From an uncultured bacterium (GTDB lineage Bacteria > Patescibacteriota > JACMRA01): a stretch of 64,000 bases of DNA. Positions 58,141-64,000 of the stretch are shown here, piece by piece. The notes under the pieces were generated by a model. The model saw only the letters and a list, made by a program, of their open reading frames with translations. It searched no databases and was not told the origin of the DNA. A program made the position numbers and the translations under genes. The stretch spans positions 32,001-96,000 of the forward strand of contig CAWAQU010000012.1 in the NCBI GenBank assembly GCA_963784355.1. The letters are read 5' to 3'. How positions within the stretch are numbered: position 1 is the stretch's first letter; each line of letters opens with the position of its first letter.

Positions 58141-59316
58141 TTATTCCTCAAAATAATTCTGATTTTTCAGCTCATCTGGCATACATTGTTGATCAGACTT
58201 TTTATTTTCTAAATTATGGTCATACTGATAGCCTTTTCCATAGCCTATTTCTTTCATAAATTTTGTAGGTGCATTACGGAAGTGTAGGGGAACAGGTAAA
58301 TGACCATACTTTTTTATATCTGCTTTAGCTCTGGATACTGCTTCATAGCTAGAATTATTTTTTGGGCTTTTAGCTAAATACTCTGCAAGTTGGGCTAATG
58401 CAGTTTCACATTCCGGCATTCCTAGTCTTTCACAAGCGGAGTATGCTTGGTTGGCAAGTAGGAGGGCATTGGGATTAATATTTCCTATATCCTCACTAGC
58501 AAATCTAAGTAATCTTCTGGCAACGTACAATGGGTCCTCACCGGCAGCAAGCATACGCATGACCCAATATACTCCAGCCGTAGGATTACTAGATCTCAGG
58601 CTCTTGTGGACAGCCGAAATCAGATTGTAATGCTCCTCTCCATTTTTATCGTAAAGTAAACTTCGTTGAGCAGCTTGTTCAATATTTTGTCTATCAAGTT
58701 TTTCAGGATCCAAATTTTTGACTATTTCTAATGTATTTAAAGCAAACCTTAAATCTCCGTAGGACAAATCTGCAATGTAATCTAGCAACTCAATATCTAT
58801 TTTCAAATTCAAGGTATCTCTAGATTTTTTGAGTACTTTTAAAATATTTTCTTTGGTATGAGGATTAAAGATAAAAACTCTACTTCGAGATAAAAGTGGT
58901 GCAATAATACTAAAACTCGGATTTTCAGTAGTGGCGCCAATCAATACTACGGTTCCGTTTTCCACATAGGGGAGCAGGGCGTCTTGTTGGGATTTATTCC
59001 AGCGGTGAATTTCATCAATAAAAATAATCGTATTTTTCCCTTGAATTCTGTTTTCCTCTGCAATCTTTATAGCTTTTTTAAAATCCTCCTTGCCCTCCAT
59101 GACAGCTGAAATTGTTATTATTTCTGAGCCTGTTTCTGAAGCTACCAATCTTGCCAAAGTTGTTTTTCCACTAGCAGGCGGTCCCCAAAATACCATGCTC
59201 GGAATATTTTTAATTTTGATTAGTTGATAAATAATACCGTTTTCTCCAACTAAATGATCTTGGCCCACAAATTCTTCCAAGCTTTTTGGTCTCAATATTT
59301 CGGCTAAAGGAGTCAT
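58141..59316 (-). CDS. rarA: Replication-associated recombination protein RarA/MgsA
   Basis: 'PLAEILRP', 'WGPPASGKTT', 'DEIHRWNKSQQD', 'ASEDIG'. Confidence 0.95.
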   Translation of the reverse strand: MTPLAEILRPKSLEEFVGQDHLVGENGIIYQLIKIKNIPSMVFWGPPASGKTTLARLVASETGSEIITISAVMEGKEDFKKAIKIAEENRIQGKNTIIFIDEIHRWNKSQQDALLPYVENGTVVLIGATTENPSFSIIAPLLSRSRVFIFNPHTKENILKVLKKSRDTLNLKIDIELLDYIADLSYGDLRFALNTLEIVKNLDPEKLDRQNIEQAAQRSLLYDKNGEEHYNLISAVHKSLRSSNPTAGVYWVMRMLAAGEDPLYVARRLLRFASEDIGNINPNALLLANQAYSACERLGMPECETALAQLAEYLAKSPKNNSSYEAVSRAKADIKKYGHLPVPLHFRNAPTKFMKEIGYGKGYQYDHNLENKKSDQQCMPDELKNQNYFEE

Positions 59317-59372
59317 AAATTTAGATTACAAATTAAATAACAATTTGACAATATATCTTTCAAAGCTTACTT

Positions 59373-59765
59373 ATGCAAAATATGTCAGATACACAAAATA
59401 TTTACACATTAAGCAACGGATTAATCATTGAAGATATAATCGTAGGTACTGGAAATGAAGTGCAACAGGGAGATACAATTAAGGCTCATTACACAGGTAC
59501 ACTTGAAAATGGAGATTTATTTGATACTTCCAAAGGTAGAGGTAAATTTACCACCAAGATTGGGGTAGGTATGGTTATACCTGGATGGGACATAGGTATT
59601 CCAGCTCTTACTGTTGGTGAAACTAAAATTCTAGGCTTAAAAGAAGGTGGTAAAAGAAAATTGACCATTCCAGCAGCTTTAGCTTATGGGGACAATGATT
59701 TACCAGGTATTCCTGCAGGTTCTACTCTAATTTTTGAAATTGAAGACGTGGAAATTTTGAAATAG
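59373..59765 (+). CDS. FKBP-type peptidyl-prolyl isomerase
   Basis: 'HYTGTL', 'FDTS', 'VIPGWD', 'IPAALAYG', 'TLIFEI'. Confidence 0.93.
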   Translation: MQNMSDTQNIYTLSNGLIIEDIIVGTGNEVQQGDTIKAHYTGTLENGDLFDTSKGRGKFTTKIGVGMVIPGWDIGIPALTVGETKILGLKEGGKRKLTIPAALAYGDNDLPGIPAGSTLIFEIEDVEILK

Positions 59766-59768
59766 GTT

Positions 59769-60080
59769 TTAATCTATAGGCTGACCAACTTTTTCGGATT
59801 TCATAATTACGAATCTTTTTCCGTACTCAACAGGATCGATTCCAAGTGTCGAATATTTTGTTGAATATATTTGTACTTGCCTATTAATAAATCTTTCGGC
59901 ATTATCTCTAGTTTTAAAATCTGTTCCCGATCTAGGTGTAAATCTTTTATTCGGTTCATCACTAGTTACAATATAATAACCATTTCCCTCCGGCACAAAT
60001 TCATAAGGATTAGGTTGGTTTTGGCGTTGTGTATTATCGCCTGAATTCAAATTATTATAACTCTCCATACATTGTATCAA
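59769..60080 (-). CDS. Hypothetical protein
   Basis: About 100-aa ORF; true start may be the ATG at 60068. Confidence 0.5.
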   Translation of the reverse strand: MIQCMESYNNLNSGDNTQRQNQPNPYEFVPEGNGYYIVTSDEPNKRFTPRSGTDFKTRDNAERFINRQVQIYSTKYSTLGIDPVEYGKRFVIMKSEKVGQPID

Positions 60081-60142
60081 ATAGCAGAATTATAATATGA
60101 TGTCAAAAAATGAACAATTATAAAAAATTAATAAATCAATGT

Positions 60143-60508
60143 TTAAACACTATACTCCTTAACCCTCTCAACATCCTCTTTTATTTGCTCAATTAACTCA
60201 TCAACTGAGTCAAAATTTTGCATGTCCCTGATTTTCTGGACTAATTCCAACTCTACTTCCTCGCCATAAATATCTTCTGAAAAATCTAAAATATAGCTTT
60301 CCACAGTCTCTTTAGTTTCACCAAAAACATAGGCAGGACCTACACTAGTAGCGGCTTTATAGATTTTGCCCTGACCTGAAATTTTTATACAAGAAATAAA
60401 CACTCCGTGTTTGAGTGTTAAGTTTTCTTTGGGTAAAATATTTGCAGTGGGAAATCCGATTTGCCTACCCATTTGCCTACCTTTTACAACAGTACCCTTA
60501 ATTATCAT
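60143..60508 (-). CDS. Stand-alone riboflavin kinase domain
   Basis: 'GTVVKGRQMGRQIGFPTAN', 'ESYILDF..DIYG'; no FAD-synthetase domain. Confidence 0.9.
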   Translation of the reverse strand: MIIKGTVVKGRQMGRQIGFPTANILPKENLTLKHGVFISCIKISGQGKIYKAATSVGPAYVFGETKETVESYILDFSEDIYGEEVELELVQKIRDMQNFDSVDELIEQIKEDVERVKEYSV

Positions 60509-60525
60509 GAGGGTTTAAATAAAAT

Positions 60526-61206
60526 TTAGAAATAATCTTTTTCTCCTCCATCTGGTCTATTTTTGTCATCAATTTGAAATTCATTTAACGCATCCAATTC
60601 AGCTGGTACACTACTAATACTGTCAAATTTATCTTCAACCTTTGCATCACTACCCCCCGATTTTACTACATTAATAAATGCTCCCCAAGTAGCCGTTCCT
60701 TCTCTAGGTACATAAATTGCTACTTCATCTCCGGGTTGTAACCCCAGCTGCTTCATGGCATAAGTCGCACTAGCTTTAAGAACTTTGATTGAATTTGCAA
60801 ATTTATCTACTAAAACTACAAAGTTATCACCTTCAATAGCAAAGGTACCGGTTACTCTTTCTCTATTTACAGGTTGAATTAGCTTAAATATCTCTCTTTC
60901 AGGTGTCAAAATCCATTTCATTCTATCTCCAACTACCAGTTGGGTTTTGCTGGCATAATTTTGAGGTACTAGATATGTTTTTCCGTTATCACCGATCATG
61001 TTTTCACCGTCAAAGTGACCTTCTACAACCTCAAGTGCACCTGATTCTTCAGTATTTTTGATTGAGGAAGTAGTTCTTGTATCTGTAGTTAGTCTAACAC
61101 CTCCTTTTTCCTGACCGGCTTGAAGCAATAGAGCCTTAGCGGTTTTCAAGTTTGTCTCGGCTATTTCTATTAAATTTAAAGCAGTTTCGATTTTTTTTGC
61201 TGACAT
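60526..61206 (-). CDS. Conserved hypothetical protein, CPR-type (recalled, not searched)
   Basis: 'VEGHFDGENMIGDNGKTYLVPQNYASKTQLVVGD'. Confidence 0.65.
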   Translation of the reverse strand: MSAKKIETALNLIEIAETNLKTAKALLLQAGQEKGGVRLTTDTRTTSSIKNTEESGALEVVEGHFDGENMIGDNGKTYLVPQNYASKTQLVVGDRMKWILTPEREIFKLIQPVNRERVTGTFAIEGDNFVVLVDKFANSIKVLKASATYAMKQLGLQPGDEVAIYVPREGTATWGAFINVVKSGGSDAKVEDKFDSISSVPAELDALNEFQIDDKNRPDGGEKDYF

Positions 61207-61273
61207 ATATATTTTGGTAAATTAATCTGTTTTTGTTTTATGTAAAAAAATGTTATTTTCTTGAATTGTCAAA

Positions 61274-61993
61274 TTAAACACAGCATTGTTCTCTGAGATG
61301 ATTTGTAATTAAAGCAGTATTTGCAAATTGTTTATTGTTCAAATAATTTGTATTTATCTGATAAAGCAAATCTAAAACAATCTTATTTGGTTGCAATTCA
61401 GGATGCCTTAAAGCTGTAAGCCCTGTATTAATATAACTTACAAAAAGTGGCGAGAGCATAAAATTCATAAAGTAGCTTCGCTTTATATTTAAGTCGGTTA
61501 CTTTATCAAAAGCTTTAGTTAGATTTTTTGTGAAATCTTGAATAATTTGCTCCTGATTATCATTCAAACCAAAGCTTATATGTTTTGAAGTTAGCTGCTG
61601 CAATTGCGCGGGGTGATAAAAATCAAGTAAATTTTCCAATGGCTTTACTGATTCTCCTGTAATTGCTTGCGGACTTGGTGCTCCTAAAATTTGAGGTTGA
61701 TTTAACACGCTTGTGCTAACTGGAGTTTTTTCTTTTTTAGGCAAGATAGCCCCTGCAATTTTATCTACAAAATTAGGCTCTTTAGTGTCACTAGGTTTTT
61801 CAGATTCAAAAAACTTGGCTCTCATGATCTGCAAGGATTGCAAGATTGCCGGAGCTTGCCCATGAGTAAGACTTTGCTGCAATTTAAGCTTTTCCAGTGG
61901 ACTTAGGTTATTTAATCTTTGTATCAAAAAATTTTTATCCCCTGCGCCCAAGAAAGGAGTTTTAGAAATTAAATCAATCAAATGTTGATCCAT
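61274..61993 (-). CDS. Hypothetical protein
   Basis: 239-aa ORF divergent from pilM. Confidence 0.65.
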   Translation of the reverse strand: MDQHLIDLISKTPFLGAGDKNFLIQRLNNLSPLEKLKLQQSLTHGQAPAILQSLQIMRAKFFESEKPSDTKEPNFVDKIAGAILPKKEKTPVSTSVLNQPQILGAPSPQAITGESVKPLENLLDFYHPAQLQQLTSKHISFGLNDNQEQIIQDFTKNLTKAFDKVTDLNIKRSYFMNFMLSPLFVSYINTGLTALRHPELQPNKIVLDLLYQINTNYLNNKQFANTALITNHLREQCCV

Positions 61994-62082
61994 ACTAATT
62001 ATAATTATGCTGTATTAAACAAATTTGGTCAATTTCTTGCCAAAACATAATTTTAAGGATATAATTAATACATACAAAATAC

Positions 62083-63129
62083 GTGATTCGCAAATTTCTC
62101 TCCATGTTTTCAGATAAAACACTCATTGGTTTAGACATAGGTTCAGACTCCATAAAGATGGCAGAGATTGATCATGGCCAACCAAATCCTGAGCTTCATA
62201 CCTATGGAGTTGCTAGGCATGCAATGGAACTTGAGGGTTACTGGGACAGTACAAAACTAAGGCAATTGTCAATTATTATTGATGATATTATGCGTGCCGG
62301 GAACTTTGTAGGAGTAAAAACTGTTATGGGTATTCAGAGTAAGGACGTTTATGTAACTACCATGGATTTTGAAGCCGGCTGGAGTAAAAAATTGATCCAA
62401 GAAGAAATAGATAAACAAGCTCCGTATTTTTTACCTTATCCACCTGACGAAATGAGATTGTCATGGAGTTTGATTGAAAATGACCCCAGAATAAAAGCCT
62501 ATACGGGTAAACAGAGGGTTATTATCAATGCCTTGCCTGAGTTTGTAATTGAAAATTCTAAAAATCTGCTAGAACATGTAAATCTTGATGGATTGGCTCT
62601 AGAAAATCAAACAGTTTCACAGATTAGAGCTATTTTATCGCCTGATACCGGCAACACTTTGTTAGTAGATATTGGAGCAAATCAAACTACGTTTAGTATT
62701 GTTGTAGATGGTTTTTTACGTGCTAGCTCCCACATTGCTACAGGTGTCAGCAAGATCTCTAAAGACTTTGAAAAAACCTTAGGCTTGAGCAGTATTGTAG
62801 CAGAAGATTTTAAAAAAGATTTAAACTTGGTAAATTTGTTTGAATTACCTAAAGAACTCACCGACACTTACGCAATTATTAAAACAGAACTCAATACTTT
62901 TTACGAATTAAATAAAAAAGTTTCTCAAGCTCCTCAGAAAATTGTAGTTACGGGTGGCGGTACTATGACAGCGGGATTTTTTGAATATATTAAAAATTTT
63001 GCGGTACCTGTCTATCTTTCAAATAGTTTGAAAAATGTAAAAATCAAGCAGGAGATTATTCCTTATATCACTCCACAAAGTAATGCACTTTCATCTGCAA
63101 TCGGTTTAGCTTTGAAAACTGATGTTTAA
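62083..63129 (+). CDS. pilM: Type IV pilus assembly protein PilM
   Basis: 'IGLDIGSDSIK', 'LVDIGANQT', 'VTGGG', 'AIGLALK'. Confidence 0.88.
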   Translation: MIRKFLSMFSDKTLIGLDIGSDSIKMAEIDHGQPNPELHTYGVARHAMELEGYWDSTKLRQLSIIIDDIMRAGNFVGVKTVMGIQSKDVYVTTMDFEAGWSKKLIQEEIDKQAPYFLPYPPDEMRLSWSLIENDPRIKAYTGKQRVIINALPEFVIENSKNLLEHVNLDGLALENQTVSQIRAILSPDTGNTLLVDIGANQTTFSIVVDGFLRASSHIATGVSKISKDFEKTLGLSSIVAEDFKKDLNLVNLFELPKELTDTYAIIKTELNTFYELNKKVSQAPQKIVVTGGGTMTAGFFEYIKNFAVPVYLSNSLKNVKIKQEIIPYITPQSNALSSAIGLALKTDV

Positions 63130-63271
63130 ATTGGTTATTTTAGTTGGTTTGAGTAAATTTGATTAGCTTGCAAAAAAGCGTCCAAAAGAAAACAGCCAAA
63201 CTCTATTACCAATATTAATTTTAAACTAATATTAAAGTAATTAAGTTCGGCTGCTTAGGCTAGTTAGACGG

Positions 63272-63616
63272 TTATCTTGCACAGGCTACGGTTGGCCCGC
63301 ATCCCCCTCCTCCTGAGGGGAAAGTTTTTTCAAGACGTTGAATTATTTTAACGTTTGTAATTCCTTGGAGGTGCAAACGAGACTCCAATGCATGTGCTTC
63401 GTTAGTACTTAATGGTTTAGACCGAAAGCTACGGCCTTCGAGATTTTTCCATTGAACAACTGAGTATTTAATGATCCGAACTCCCGTAATTTGGAAGCCA
63501 GGACCAATCCTCGTTTCTGGTTGAGGGTAGGGAACTCTTTTAATTTGAAAATCATTCGCCATAACTTGACCTCCAGACAGGATCATACAAAAAACAATTC
63601 CAGCAAATTGATTCAC
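63272..63616 (-). CDS. Small hypothetical protein, possibly exported
   Basis: 114-aa ORF, hydrophobic N-terminus, C-terminal GGGGCGPTVACAR. Confidence 0.5.
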   Translation of the reverse strand: MNQFAGIVFCMILSGGQVMANDFQIKRVPYPQPETRIGPGFQITGVRIIKYSVVQWKNLEGRSFRSKPLSTNEAHALESRLHLQGITNVKIIQRLEKTFPSGGGGCGPTVACAR

Positions 63617-63859
63617 TTGAAAAACTCCAAAAATATAAAACTAGCCTTTATCTCAACTTTGTAGCTGAAATAAGACAATTTACAACATAGCATAATTTTT
63701 AACCCATGTCAAAAGTATTAATTGGACTTAAATATGCACTAGTAAGTTTAATTTATTCTTTTTCCTAATGAAATTCTTAGGATTCAATTACTTATATAAT
63801 TACTCTAAGCAAGATCTGGAAAATATTTGTTTGAGATGTCAGCTCTTGAATTTCTTAAC

Positions 63860-64000
63860 CTAAATCAACAGACTTCCCGCACCGATAATACCACTATTGG
63901 TGATTTGAGCTATTTCGCATTTATCTTTAGAAAGACCTAGCTTTTCCAAATAACTGTACGTTTTTTCTTTAAACTGATAACCTTTCCAAAATAGACTTCC
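63860..64000 (-). CDS. 3' end of a gene cut by the window edge, possibly a hexokinase/ASKHA sugar kinase
   Basis: GSLFWKGYQFKEKTYSYLEKLGLSKDKCEIAQITNSGIIGAGSLLI*; resembles a hexokinase 'GSL...S.I.GA' tail. Confidence 0.4.
   Translation of the reverse strand, partial: GSLFWKGYQFKEKTYSYLEKLGLSKDKCEIAQITNSGIIGAGSLLI

Noticed and set aside
1-64000. Alternative genetic code (TGA=Gly, as in Gracilibacteria/SR1)
   Set aside because: Long conserved genes (glmS, dnaE, cysS, P-type ATPase) are uninterrupted under code 11

Overview
AT-rich, gene-dense bacterial chromosome segment using the standard genetic code (long conserved genes are not broken by TGA). Inferred to be Patescibacteria/CPR from scattered housekeeping genes, absent Shine-Dalgarno motifs, ADP-forming acetate-CoA ligase, pilM, dprA and tRNA-Arg(GCG). 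Housekeeping genes: murJ, murE-like, mraY, glmS, rny, prmC, khpB, mutM, sppA, xseB, gatC, tig, dnaE, cysS, rarA and pilM. Also present: a zur-znuACB zinc operon with a 7-1-7 operator, an ApbE/FMN-binding/ferric-reductase flavinylation cluster, two tRNAs, and an 865-bp IS5-family element that disrupts pepA. The main unexplained feature is a stand-alone transcription unit of about 335-420 nt between mraY and a convergent deacetylase gene. It has a perfect sigma70 promoter, nested helices, a 93-nt G-free CAAAAA-repeat loop, a duplicated CTGCCTGTAC that allows alternative pairing, and two terminators. Other points of interest: an HTH/EgtD-like methyltransferase fusion in a small regulatory island, a surface protein with a non-LPXTG 'TVRSGG' sorting-like tail, a DnaE with a dead PHP site and no C-terminal domains, and many apparently leaderless promoters. 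All calls come from reading the sequence and motifs by eye; no searches were run.
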